From NCBI GenBank assembly GCA_000004985.1, contig GG738854.1: a DNA stretch of 64,000 nt, one strand, 5' to 3'. This DNA is from Naegleria gruberi. Lineage: Eukaryota. Of this stretch, positions 24,349-36,500 are shown in pieces; position 1 is the stretch's first letter; each line of letters begins with the position of its first letter. Position numbers and translations under genes: made by a program. The notes beneath the pieces are model-generated. The model was not told where the DNA came from, did no database searches, and saw only the letters and a program-made list of their open reading frames with translations.

Positions 24349-24455
24349 ACATTTCCGTAATACCCTGATTTGAGGTGGACATTATAGATAGCTAACTTGG
24401 CTAAAAATCAGATAAAGAATGAGCAACTTAAGAACAAATCAAAACAGCACAAACC

Positions 24456-27026
24456 TTAATTTTTAATCAAAGAAAAGAAACGGGCATTTGGGGTTTGTTG
24501 AATTGCTTTCGTTACGATTTCTTGATCTTGCTTAAATGAATTCGCAGCAAAGCCAAGAGCCAATCCATTTTGTTGAACAGCTTCCATTACAACTCGCCTA
24601 TCTTTAGTTAATGATTTATCAGTGTACTCTAGTGCCAATCCATTTTGGCTCACTGCCATTATTGCTATAGCACTATCTTTCCGTAATGACCTATCTGCAT
24701 ATTCCAAAGCTAAACCATTTTGTTGAACTGCTGTTGTAACAATTTCTCTATCTTTCTTCATTTTTTCATTGGCATATTTGAGAGCCAAACCATTTTGTTG
24801 AACTGCCTTCATTACAATTTCCTTTTCGTTCTTAATTGACTTATGCATACATTCGAGTAATAAACCGTCCCGTTGAACAGTTTCAGAGGCAAATTCTCTA
24901 TCCTTTCTCAATGATTCACTCACAAAATTAATTGCCAATCTATTTTGTTGAATGGCTCTCATTACAATTTCTTTGTCTCGTCTCAGCATTTCATCTGCAT
25001 ACTTTAATGCTAAACCATTTTGTTGAATTGATTCCAATACAATTTCTCTATCTTTTCTTAATTCCTTGTCTGCAGATTCTAATGTTAGCCCATTTTGTTT
25101 AACTGCTTTCAGTACAATCTCTCTTTTTTTGACAAATGAACCATCAACAATCTGTAAAACATGTTCATTTTGTGCAACAGCATTCAACACGATTTCCTTA
25201 TCTTTTCTCAATGATTCATCTGCATATTTGATTGCAAATCTATTTTGTTTAACAGCTTCTGTGACAATTTCTATATCTTTAGTAAGTGATTTGTCTACGT
25301 ATTCTAGAGCTAACCCGTTTTGTTTCACTGATTTCAATACAATTTCTCTATCTTTCCTGAAAGAGATATCAATAGAATCAAGTAGTAATCCTTTGTGTTG
25401 TACTGCTGCCAAAACAAATTCTCTATCTTTCCTAAATGATTCATCTGCGTACGTGAATACTATTCCATCATGTTGAATTGCACTCATTACAAATTCCCTA
25501 TCTTTTCTCAATGATTCGTTGGCATATTGAAGTGCCTCTCTATTGTTTTTGAATGCAGTTAAAACTATTTCCCTGTCATTTAAGAAAGTGGTATATTTCA
25601 ATAACAACCCATTTCGTCCAACAATATCATTAATAAACTCTCTATCTCTCATTAATGATTCATCGAAGTAATTAAAGGCAGTTTCATTTCTTTCCAGTAC
25701 ATGAATGGCAAATGATTTATCTGTTCTCACTGATTCATCAATTGTTAGTAAATTTCTAACATCTTTGACCACTATTTCAACCAAGAAATTTCGGTCTTGT
25801 TTCAATGACTTGTGTGCACTCTGCAAAATATTATTTTGTAAAATGAAATCTCTATTCTTATGAGGGAGTGTTGTTAAATCTTTCATAAGGTATTCCAAAC
25901 TAGAGAAAGCTGACAACTCCTTTTCATTTTTCCAAATCAAAGACTTATTATTGAAATATATTATTCCATTAAAGCCAATATTATAAAATCCAATTGCTCT
26001 TTGTTGAATATCACTTGAAATTAATTGTTCTATCATTTCAAGAATATCTGTTGTAAACTGATCACTATCGTGATTATTGAATAAAGCTCTGAAAGTTTTA
26101 CCTAATGAAAACAAGTCAGTGTTAAATGTTGGTTTGAAATTGGCTTTGAAAATTCGTTTGCCTTTTTCATTGACTTCTAATACCTCTGGAGGAGCATAGC
26201 TTGTTGTTCCACCTCGCATTTGGGAGGCAACAGTGTCATTCAATAAGGTGAGTCCAAAATCTCCAATGGCAACCTCGACTTCATTCGAATTCAAATCAAG
26301 TTTCTTCACAAGAATATTTGCAGGCTTGATATCTGAATGAACCATACCTCTTTGTTTCATAAATAGTAATACTTCACAACATTGGAACATCATTTTGAAA
26401 ATTGCAATTGATGGAAGTTTGATTTTCTTCTTGATTAAATCTTGTAAACTTCCCATTTCAATAAATTCCATTTCAATACAACATGTCTGTCTAATCAAGA
26501 TTGAATTGTAAACCTTCACAACATTTGGATGATCCAATTTGGCTCCACTGACTGCTTCATTTGGTCCCATTGTTGAAATGATTGGTATCACTTTGATGGC
26601 TTTTACATTTTGACCATTAGAATTCCTTTTAATCACTTTTAAAACAGTTCCAAATCCCCCAGCTCCTATTTTCTCAGCATGCCATGTTTTTACTCCATCA
26701 TCAACTTGTTCATTATTCGATCCAATAATTTCTGGCAATCCATTCAGAAATTTGTTGAAATATCCCAGTACAGAATTGGTTATTCCCTGGCTGAATTTAG
26801 CATTATCATGATCATCATCAAAATCTTCGAGTAATTTAAGAAAGTATCGGAGATGAGGTTTAGTGTCGTGTTCGAATTTAATATCCGAAATTATGGATTT
26901 GTTTTGATCATGTGGATTAATGTTAGGTGAAGTATTTGCCTTTGCTTGTTTTATTGTTGGTTCGCATTCTTCTCCACCACCATTGAGGGATGTGGTGTGA
27001 TCATCTTGCTCATACTTTCTTTTCAT
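24456..27026 (-). CDS. Protein kinase with a long C-terminal array of DUF4116-like repeats of about 36 aa
   Basis: Single 856-aa ORF. N-terminal kinase motifs are GAGGFGTVLKV, VKAIKVI, HSDIKPANILV, DFGL and SYAPPE. It is followed by about 15 repeats of the form (K/R)DREIVLxAVxQNGLALEYAxxSLxKD. It converges tail-to-tail with the preceding gene, with 107 bp between the stops. Confidence 0.8.
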   Translation of the reverse strand: MKRKYEQDDHTTSLNGGGEECEPTIKQAKANTSPNINPHDQNKSIISDIKFEHDTKPHLRYFLKLLEDFDDDHDNAKFSQGITNSVLGYFNKFLNGLPEIIGSNNEQVDDGVKTWHAEKIGAGGFGTVLKVIKRNSNGQNVKAIKVIPIISTMGPNEAVSGAKLDHPNVVKVYNSILIRQTCCIEMEFIEMGSLQDLIKKKIKLPSIAIFKMMFQCCEVLLFMKQRGMVHSDIKPANILVKKLDLNSNEVEVAIGDFGLTLLNDTVASQMRGGTTSYAPPEVLEVNEKGKRIFKANFKPTFNTDLFSLGKTFRALFNNHDSDQFTTDILEMIEQLISSDIQQRAIGFYNIGFNGIIYFNNKSLIWKNEKELSAFSSLEYLMKDLTTLPHKNRDFILQNNILQSAHKSLKQDRNFLVEIVVKDVRNLLTIDESVRTDKSFAIHVLERNETAFNYFDESLMRDREFINDIVGRNGLLLKYTTFLNDREIVLTAFKNNREALQYANESLRKDREFVMSAIQHDGIVFTYADESFRKDREFVLAAVQHKGLLLDSIDISFRKDREIVLKSVKQNGLALEYVDKSLTKDIEIVTEAVKQNRFAIKYADESLRKDKEIVLNAVAQNEHVLQIVDGSFVKKREIVLKAVKQNGLTLESADKELRKDREIVLESIQQNGLALKYADEMLRRDKEIVMRAIQQNRLAINFVSESLRKDREFASETVQRDGLLLECMHKSIKNEKEIVMKAVQQNGLALKYANEKMKKDREIVTTAVQQNGLALEYADRSLRKDSAIAIMAVSQNGLALEYTDKSLTKDRRVVMEAVQQNGLALGFAANSFKQDQEIVTKAIQQTPNARFFSLIKN

Positions 27027-27380
27027 TTTTTTTTAAAATTTTAATTCAAATATATCACTTGTCCTATTACACAACAAGTCATACTAATTTTTTGTACATC
27101 GTAAAAAAACTTGACCACTTTGAGAAATAGCCCAAGTGTCATCGAGTGCAATACAGTTTACAGAATTATGTGAGAAATAAAAGTTCGGTTCATGAAATAA
27201 TGATTAACAAATTGGTGTTGTAACGTTCAAAAAAAATTCAATGTTAAACAATCTAAATTTATGTCCCGTAAAATTACTTCCAACCTCCCTGGTAATGCGA
27301 ATAGTAGATAAGCTAAATGCATATTTGCAATGTTAACATCAGTGAGATGAAATAATTAACAAACTATAGTTTCTCATTAT

Positions 27381-28574
27381 TTACAAATTATACACTTCAT
27401 AATCTTCAACCTGGAAATTTTTTGTGCCTGCCAGGTATGCATTTGCTGTTGTGGAACTAACTGACATTGTTGCATCACAATAGGAAGCACAAAGATTTGA
27501 AGTACTAAGAGAGTTAGAGTTGCAATTATTTGAAATAAATAAGTCATGTCCTCCTCCAAATGTTGGTCCCAGACCTGATACTTGATATGTTGCATATTCA
27601 CCATTTGTTTTCCCACTCTTATAGAAATCTGAATATTGTTGAGGTAATTTGGCAAATCTTTCCACTCCAGTAGAAGAAACTAAACTAAATAGAAATGCTG
27701 ACTTGTCTGATACATAGCCAGAATTTTGAACATTCCATGAAACACTGGTATAACCTCCAAATATTGCTCCCGACTGTGCCTTGACAATTACAACAGTTGC
27801 ACCCTTATTATCACATTTCGAGTGGAATTTATCTCCTGCAAAGCCATCTCTGGATGCCTTGAAAAGCAATTTGGTAAAAGAGTTTGGCATGTTCAATATT
27901 TCATTGGAAAATCTTGTCATTTGAGCAGAGGTTAATATTGCTGTTTGGTTTACGCAATTTGTTCCAGTCCATCCACTTTTACAAGTAGAACAAGTTGTAC
28001 CATTCCAATTTCCAGAGCATACTGAACAGTTTCCAGGTGATGTACAGTTCAAACATTTGGAATCACACACTGGAATTGAACATGAAGGTCCAGTCCAATT
28101 ACCTGAACAAGAAACACATTTTCCTGGTGATGAGCAATTCAAACATTTTGAATCACAGATAGGAATGTTACAATCAGGTCCATCATAATTACTACAAGCA
28201 CTATTAACAATTACAATTTCTTGATTGATAAGATTAAGAGCTTGAGTAATTTTCTTCAATTGAGCACTTCTTATCGTTAAGATTGATTCCGTATTGTTAG
28301 AATTACTTAAAACTGCAATGGCAACTTGTAATTTTAAAGCTGTGGATTGTAATCTAGCAGCTTGCTCATTCAAGTCACCCAACCATTCTCTCAACGTTCC
28401 ATTACCACCACTACTTGATGAAGACCCTACAACAAAGGTAACATGCACACAAGTAAATATCAGCAGCAGCGAACAAACTACCAGCAAACATGCACTAAGG
28501 ATTGCTTGCTTATTTGGCACAATTGGTCGTCTTGGCATTATTTTGTTTGTTGTGTGTGTGATATTATTTAGCAT
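27381..28574 (-). CDS. Type II membrane protein with coiled coil, two Cys-rich EGF-like repeats and a C-terminal TLDc domain
   Basis: 397-aa ORF. The N-terminal signal-anchor is ILSACLLVVCSLLLIFTCVHVTFVV. The EGF-like repeats are NIPICDSKCLNCSSPGKCVSCSGNWTGPSC and SIPVCDSKCLNCTSPGNCSVCSGNWNGTTC. The C-terminal 170 aa match the TLDc consensus: LLFKASRDGF..FHSKCDNKGATVVIVKAQSGAIFGGYTSVSW...SAFLFSL...GPTFGGGHDLFI. Confidence 0.7.
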   Translation of the reverse strand: MLNNITHTTNKIMPRRPIVPNKQAILSACLLVVCSLLLIFTCVHVTFVVGSSSSSGGNGTLREWLGDLNEQAARLQSTALKLQVAIAVLSNSNNTESILTIRSAQLKKITQALNLINQEIVIVNSACSNYDGPDCNIPICDSKCLNCSSPGKCVSCSGNWTGPSCSIPVCDSKCLNCTSPGNCSVCSGNWNGTTCSTCKSGWTGTNCVNQTAILTSAQMTRFSNEILNMPNSFTKLLFKASRDGFAGDKFHSKCDNKGATVVIVKAQSGAIFGGYTSVSWNVQNSGYVSDKSAFLFSLVSSTGVERFAKLPQQYSDFYKSGKTNGEYATYQVSGLGPTFGGGHDLFISNNCNSNSLSTSNLCASYCDATMSVSSTTANAYLAGTKNFQVEDYEVYNL

Positions 28575-29690
28575 GTGTACGATATTTCACACTGAGAGGA
28601 GAGATAGGAGAGAGATAACGGTAAATGGCGCAACATTATCTTTACAGTGAGTTACGGTTGTAGTACTTTCTTTTTTAAATCTAAGGGAGAATAAGAGTCT
28701 TCTCTTCCAACAATCCCACACAAAATATACGAGACAAGTATGCGGAGTTGTTTTGCTCACGTCTGGATGAATTTTTGGGAGAAGCTCGGGAAAGGAATAG
28801 TTTTTGCCAGCTGTGGAATTTCATCGGCTTAATTCTCAATGCAATGACTAATATTATCTGATATTGGTTAGAGTGGTACCATCAGCACCAAGACTTGAAA
28901 TAAGTGCTGCATTCAACCAAGACTTTCAACATTGAAATGGGTTCAAACTAATGGAAGGAAAAATTCGAATTATTATGAAAATATCTTCAAGACATTTGAT
29001 GAAAATATTAAAAATATTTTGATGATGAACTGTTCTGTTGAAGCTTACTAAAGCCTGAACGGAAGCAAAATCAAACGAGTTCTAAATATCTTCTTGTATG
29101 CCAAAATACTAAAGACTTTTGACAGCACTAGTAAAAAAGTTAATAATAATGTCACCAGTAATTTACCATGTCCAATATCATAATTATCAACAGCTTTTCA
29201 TCATCAACATCCAACAACATAATCATTACATTTTGTTTATGAAAAATGTCAACAGCCAACTGTCAGTGATGACACAACCAATGAATGCCAACATAATTTT
29301 ACCCAGGGGTCCTTATATCATCAATCAGGATAATCAACTCATCCAACAATAGAAAATTATCTCTTTTTCTCTTTGTGTGAAATTCACAAAAGTGCGCCAA
29401 AACTATTTACAAAGCATTTCAATACTTGTTACAACAATATTTAATATGTCATAATGCAAATTGGTTGAAAAGCTTGAACAATTGGCTTGAAGCTTCCAAA
29501 TTTTTCAACTAATTAATTTTCATGCATTTCCAATTATGGCAATAGACCACTTCATAGATTCCAAAATAATCGATGATTGACTAAATATTGGTCTCTGATG
29601 AAAATCTGTTTGCACTCGAAGGGCCCAAGCTTTTTTATTTTCACAAACAAAAACAATTTCACACATTGATTACGTTTTGACATTTGGCAC

Positions 29691-30806
29691 ATGATGTTTG
29701 GTAACAATGACAGTGTCGAATCTTCTTTAGTATCATCATCACTTGGAATATCATCTAATTATGTTGTTAGTAACAGTAGTAATAATTCAACGTCCGAGGT
29801 TCTGTCATCTGCCAACAATCATGAAACATTTCTAAAGCTTGATATTGAATCACTCTTGACAGATCTTCACCAACAAGATAAACAACAGCAAATACATCAA
29901 AAACAACTTGAAATTGTTGCATCCTCTTCACACAATTCCAAAAATGGTAGCATGAACCAATTATCACCACAAGAACAATTTGTTGAAAATAGTTTGCTTG
30001 CATGTGGAGGCAGTATTGGCAGTAGAAGAAATGATGAACCATTCGAATACATTAATGATGACAGTAAAATCTCAGAGGATTCGGATAGTAAGATGCAACA
30101 TCAAAAAATTGGCGGATTGGAAAATTTTCATGAGAGCAAGAGGAAGGAAGTTGGATTGGATTGTTTTTCACCTACTGTAAGGATTGTTTCTAATAGTTTG
30201 AGTAGTGCAACTGTTTGTCAGCCTCCAATAATACGAAACGTTTCGAATACTTCACAACAACAGCAGCAAAAAATGTTTACCATTGTGCAGTACGACCCAC
30301 AACAACAGTCGAACAATTCAATTTCCTCTCCATTAACATATCACCACATTTCGCCCAGCAGCAGCAACCAGTTTCCCATTCTTTCGAATACAGTTTCTAC
30401 AGAAAGAAAATCAAAGAAATCTAAAGACAATTTTGGAAAGTCAAAACGAGAAAGAACAACCCTGCCTCCCTCGCTAGAATCTCAGCTCTTCCAAACAAAT
30501 AGCAACCCATCAACTTCAACCTTTCAATGGTCAGAAAATGAATTTCAAGAATTCACCTCAGGGCAACATGAAACTCAAAAGCGACAAAGAAAAGAAAGGG
30601 TTTATAAATTCTATGATTCAGGCCCGACTTCATTCAATTCCAATAGTGAGGATCCTCAATCGGCAACAAGTTTAATTTCAAATAATTCAATATTCGATTC
30701 AAATTCACCGAATTCTCCACCAATGAAAAAGAAGAAAAGGAAAAAGAAACAGTCCTCTACTGCTGCTGCATCTTCTTCCACGACTCAAAATCCTACCATT
30801 GAATAA
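29691..30806 (+). CDS. Ser/Asn/Gln-rich low-complexity protein with a basic C-terminal KKKKRKKK (NLS-like) tail; unknown function
   Basis: 371-aa ORF with an ATG start at 29691. Codon usage matches its neighbours. No recognisable domain. Confidence 0.5.
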   Translation: MMFGNNDSVESSLVSSSLGISSNYVVSNSSNNSTSEVLSSANNHETFLKLDIESLLTDLHQQDKQQQIHQKQLEIVASSSHNSKNGSMNQLSPQEQFVENSLLACGGSIGSRRNDEPFEYINDDSKISEDSDSKMQHQKIGGLENFHESKRKEVGLDCFSPTVRIVSNSLSSATVCQPPIIRNVSNTSQQQQQKMFTIVQYDPQQQSNNSISSPLTYHHISPSSSNQFPILSNTVSTERKSKKSKDNFGKSKRERTTLPPSLESQLFQTNSNPSTSTFQWSENEFQEFTSGQHETQKRQRKERVYKFYDSGPTSFNSNSEDPQSATSLISNNSIFDSNSPNSPPMKKKKRKKKQSSTAAASSSTTQNPTIE

Positions 30807-30904
30807 TATAATACGAAATGCAATTAATTTCAAATTAAGGAAATAAATTTGAAAATGAAAAATATTAAAAAATTAAATCAGGTTAGCAATTAGTTAGCAA
30901 TAAT

Positions 30905-32648
30905 TTATTGCTTGAAAATCTTATAATCAAAGCAAGGGAAATGGAAATAATCCTCCTTTACACCCAATTCATAATTACACATCAACTCTATTAATCCATC
31001 AAGAACGATACAAGATCCAGATATGCCTTCAAACAATGAGAATGGATGGTCAGGCACAGAAACTAGTTTGGATTGATTTTCACATCCGTATTGAGCAAAT
31101 CTGATGGCCCTCATTAAACATTCATCATCTCCTGTAGTTTGGTACATTAAGATGAAAGGATAGAGGTTTCCAAATATACCATGGCACAACCCTAGACCTT
31201 TCTTCAAGAGACCAAATTTCCACATACAAGCCCCAGCTTTCTTTGCAGAGTCCAAATACTTTTCATCCTTTGTAATTTTGTACATGTCCAAAAGAATTGG
31301 CATTACTCCCGTCACACCATGACAGAATTGAAGAAGTCTCGATGATTTGCTTCCAACACTAGAAGGGAAATTGCCATCACTGAATTGTTCTGAAACTAAC
31401 CAATCCACAGTTTCTTTAATCTTTTTGAAACTACTTTCATCATTCTTGATATCTGTAAGATCCAATAAGAGTTTGGCAATGCCACAAAAACCATGAACAG
31501 CTCCTAGATATTCCTTTTCATGCCATTCCCACATGTACTTGTTTCCCTTATCTCCATCCTGTTTGATAATATCAACAACCTTATCAAATTGCATAACTTC
31601 CAAATAATTGTCTGGTAAAACCTTAGAATCCTTAAAGTATCTCTGCAAAAATAGGACAGTGTACAAATATCCTATACGGCCATAAAGCCACTCATTGGAA
31701 ATTGGTTTGTTTGCCCTCCTATTGATAAAGCAAAGCTTTGGAAAATGAATAGCAATATTATGGAGTGTAATTTTGGCCTTTTCAGTCTTTCCTAGAATAT
31801 CATAGGCAATTGATAATAGAGAAAACAATCCCATCATACCACCAACACCACTTATATCACCATTATCGAGTGAGAGTGATTGCTTTTCCATGATGAGCTC
31901 AATTAAATGTACACATTTTTCAATTTTCTCTGAGAGATACTCCATCGATGCAATTGGAATGAATGATAAATCTTCTGCATTCGGAAGTGCTGTATCCACA
32001 AAGTTAGAATCAGACATGGTAGATGAGCATTGTGAATCTCTTCTTCTACTCATGGCATCCTCAGAAGGAAGTGGCGAATCAGTGCTCTTTGGACTCGATT
32101 TTACAAAAAAGTAAATTAACATGTACAAGACACCTCCAATGCCATCATAGATTGTGAAATCATCAATGGTTAGTTTTTTACAAGTTCCAAATACTTGAAT
32201 ATCCTTCTTGACGAGTGTGAGAGGTTCCTCAATTTGTGTTTTGATAATAATTTCAATCCATGATCGTAAACTTGATCGGAAAGTTCCCTTCAGAGAGGCT
32301 ATTATTTGTAACATGACAACCTTGGTAGATACATTTTGTTCTTTTGCTTCCTTTTTCAATGAATAGTTGATGCAATGGATTTAAATCACATCTCTCCAAT
32401 AAATTCTGACAATCTGCCAAGTTAGTATAACCACCATGATTTGTATGTGGTGAAGATGATGAAGTATGACTTGTTGTTGATGAAGTGAAGGATCCCATCT
32501 TTTGCAAGTGAGGATGCGGAGGAAGATTATTTAATAATCCACCACTACTCTGTGAATGATGTGAAGTAGATGAAGATTGAAGAGGTGGTGGAGAATGAGA
32601 GCGTTGCTGTTTCATTGTGTTGTTAATTTTTTTTTTTAAATTATTCAT
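30905..32648 (-). CDS. LanC-like (LANCL) protein; probable upstream His/Ser-rich exon
   Basis: ORF 30905-32359 shows repeated LanC GxxG / CHG motifs: DGIGGVLYML, VHGFCGIAKLL, QFCHGVTGVMPILL, LCHGIFGNLY. The upstream minus-strand ORF 32253-32648 is S/T/H-rich and reads MNNLKKK...SHSPPPLQSSSTSHH. It overlaps in another frame, which suggests a short intron near 32360-32400. The exact junction is not resolved. Confidence 0.65.
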
Positions 32649-33554
32649 TGGAATTTTAATTTGTTAATAATAATGTGATGATTAAGAGGAGATTTTGTTC
32701 AGATTTAATTAAAGGCATGATTAATACTTAATGGGGCCTTTTAATTTTTTTGCTTTTGAGACAAGTTCATGGATGAGTTTTAGTTCATTTCTATTTACTT
32801 TTAAGGCTGGTTGTTGTTATTGATTATTACGTAATATTAATTAAATATAATATCTTTCATGGATTACAATATTAATTAATTATTAATTATTATTAAATTT
32901 AAATAATAATATTAAATTTTTTAAATTCGGAGGAACATGAATGTTAGGAGTCTGTCCAAGAGTTTCATTACCATCCATCATTCCAAACTAGTACCATATC
33001 GATCGTATCCAGTAAAAAACAAGTTAGCAACAATCTCCCACCTATTTCGAACCAGTCATAACAAATTATTCTAAGATAAAAAAACAAGTTGTTATTGTTC
33101 CGATTGCATTGCATCATTTCATCGTAATCAGATAATACAAATCTTCATAACGATTCGTTTTTTTAAAGCAAAAAATTTTTTCTTCATCTTTTGGCTTGCT
33201 TGAAACTCTAATCGCCTCTCGATCAATTTCCTCTCAGCAGCAACACTACTTTTTGAAGAGACATCGAGTGAAGGAGGATTTCATCACACACACGAGAGGA
33301 AAATATTGTGGATTTTTCTTCTTTGTAAATATAGATTTGTAAATTACTATCACCATCATCAAATTAATTTATTTATTTGTATTAATTATTGTTAATCATT
33401 TGATATTTAATACAATAGCAACACCAACAAAAAACAATACAATCGATTAGAATATCGGATTAGTTAGATAAATATATTTTAAAACTATTTAATTTATTAC
33501 ATCAATCATCATACTACGAGGAATTATTTAATATTTAAAAATACAATCATAATA

Positions 33555-36500
33555 ATGGAGCCATCACTATCAGAAAACACAACTACAAGTGACATTTCTG
33601 ATGTTTCCACTACAAATCATGACAATAACAACAATAATTCAACAATAACAACATCTTTATCAGAAAGCCAAGTTGATACTAGCACTACTAGTACTACATT
33701 GAATACTTCTTCCGAGGATCCATCATCAAGTAATGATCAAAATATTAATCCATCGAAAAGTACTACCACAACATCAGACGAAACCACATCATCTACTACC
33801 ACTGCTTCCACTACTACAGATGGCTCAGATGGATCAACCAATAATGTAGAGGATCCTACTTCTTCCATATCTTCAGATTCCCAGAAACAACTCATAAGAA
33901 GTGCAAGTATCAATAGACCAAGAAAGGCCCTTCCTCGACCAAGTCATCATGCTCCTTCTCACAGTTCTATTGATTTTAGTTTTGAAAGTTCGACCATTCA
34001 ACAGGCTTTGGAGAAGAATTCACCTTTTGTTATTGATTCTCATGCATCACCAAATACAAATGTTCAAATAACAGCCACCTCTGATAGTCCTACTGCAACC
34101 ACCACAACATTAACATCATCAGCATCAGGTAATCATTTAACCTCCTCCAATATGACGACCACCACTCAACAACGAAGAATGAGCCACAAGAGATCATCCT
34201 CCGATGTATCTGGACTCTTTGGTAATTCTGCTCTTGTCTCCAACTCTACTACAGCATCAGCTACTGTTTCACCAGTAACTCCCGAAAAACACGACTCTTC
34301 AGCTCCAAGAAAAAAGTTTACACTCTTTGGATTTTCATTTGGTGGTAAGAGTTCGTCCAATCTTCACTCGATGGCTCCAACCATACCTTCCAATAGTACA
34401 ACACCAACATTAGCAAGCTCTCCGATTACATCTTCGTCGACCAATAATTTACCAATAACACCAGTCGCTGAGAGAGGACTCTCCTCATTGACTTCAACAA
34501 CAACAAATACAACAATTGATCAATGTGTAACTCCAACATCATCTTCACTATCATCTGAGGATTCATCAGAAATTATGAGAAAAAAGAGAGCCTCTGATGA
34601 TGTTTCACACGAAGTGTTGAAATATTTAAGTGATAAACCACCAAATCGTGTAACTACTACAAATTCAAGTAGTGATGAGGAAACAATGAAAAAGAGACAA
34701 GCCATGCACATGTCCCAACCTATTGGAACCTTAGGAATACCAGAGGATTCAAATGTTGCTGGAGAAAGAGGTTCTAGGCGAGAAATTGATTTGATAAATT
34801 TCCTTGGTGAAATGAATTTAAATCAATCTCATGGAGCATTTGATGATAACAATTCAACAGGAAGAAGCGTACTCGATGATATTAGAGTAGCAACAACACC
34901 CGAATCTAGAGAACAAACAACATATGGATTTAAATCCTTTTTGGACAAGGTAAAAAACAAGGCAATTTTTGCAAGAGGAGTTGGAAGTCCAGCAGAGGAA
35001 GCAACAACACCAAGCTCTCTCTCTACAACAGATGCAAGAACAGAGGATGATGCCAAATCTGACACTACAACCACTACTTCCAAGACACCTAAGAAATTAT
35101 CGGAGAAGGAATTGAGAAAAATCAAATTAATGCAAAGAGAAGCAAATCAAAAAGAAATGATGGATGGAATTTTGGATAAAATCAGCAAGAATGGAGAATC
35201 ATTTGCCCATCTAACATTCTTTGATGAAAATGATCAAGAATGGCAATACATTGGATACATTCAAAAGTATGATTCATCCATGACTGATGATGAATTGTAC
35301 ATGATGTATGCCTTGCTCGGAGTTGGAGGTGCAGAAGAAGGAACTACACCAAAAGCTAAGGAAAAGGACGTCAAGGATTTCACAGGTGGAATTTTTGGAG
35401 ATGCCTGTGTTTGTCCAGTTCTCTCAAGACTATGTGGTAGAGGTGAATTGAAATATCCAAATGGTGCTGTCTATGAAGGTGATATTATTAGAGGAAAGAG
35501 ACACGGTTTTGGTAAAATGATTTTCCCATACAAGAATACCTTACCACCTCCAACTGGTAAAAAGGCCAACAATACTGAGCAAGCACCACCAACAGCCATT
35601 GCTATTGGTCAATGGATTTTGAATAACCCTAGTGAAGCCATTCCTTTCAAGGTCACCTACTCTAATGAGCTTGAATATTGGGGAACTTTCAGAGCTAAAA
35701 GCAAGTTTAATTCTGCCTATGTAATTTCGGTTGGAGATTTGGAAAAACACAAGGAAGGTGAATTGTATCACGTTCAGGAAAATAAGAAATACTTTGGTGG
35801 ATTTTCTGAAGATCTGAAAGATGGTTTTGGAGTGGAAGTAATGGGTAATGGTGAAAGATATTATGGTGGCTGGAAGAATGGTTTATATCATCATATGGGA
35901 ACTTATCAATATATTGATGGTTCATATTTCCAAGGAGAATTCAAGAGAGGTACTAGAAAAGGAAAAGGTAAACTTTACCTTGCCACAGGTGACGTTATTG
36001 AAGGAACTTGGAGTGGAGACAAGATTGAAAGTGCTGTTTTCAAGAAGGGAAATTGTAAAAATGTAGAACTTACCCATCTTTTCCAATTGAGAACGCAAGT
36101 GAATGATGCAATCAAACTTTTCCAAAATGTTGGTCATATGGATGATAGCAATTATCTCCAATTTTTGAGAATGACCAAGAAGGAATGCATTGAAAGACCA
36201 GAATTGGAATTAAAGTGGAAATACTACTCTCTCATGAGTAAGGAAACTTGGAGAAAGGAAAAGACAAATCTTTTAGAATACTACTCCAAGAATGGAGACA
36301 AGTGTAATTTATTGGATAAGGTCGTTTTCAAGAATGAAGTCATCAAATTGTTGGGCGAGACTATCAAGACAGAATATATCTCACCACAAGCAAGCTTTGT
36401 CAAGGGATTTATTGAATTCTTCGATGGCCTCTATCATGGAAGCTACTATGCCGGTAATAATAGAAATCAATCATCTGGTGCACGTAAAGTTGCCAGAAAA

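Noticed and set aside
25066-25476. 136-aa ORF antisense to the DUF4116 repeat region of the kinase gene, and similar antisense ORFs inside the giant gene (53061, 53556, 55011, 56025, 57186, 58029, 58665, 59418, 59808, 61941, 62676, 62803; minus-strand 53761, 53987, 58126, 59839, 61600, 62965)
   Set aside because: They lie wholly inside longer, domain-bearing ORFs on the opposite strand or in another frame. They are low-complexity, with no independent support.
32253-32648. Treating the 131-aa S/T/H-rich ORF as an independent gene
   Set aside because: It overlaps the LanC-like ORF start in another frame. The LanC frame is open upstream with no ATG. It is most simply an upstream exon of the same gene, with the junction unresolved.
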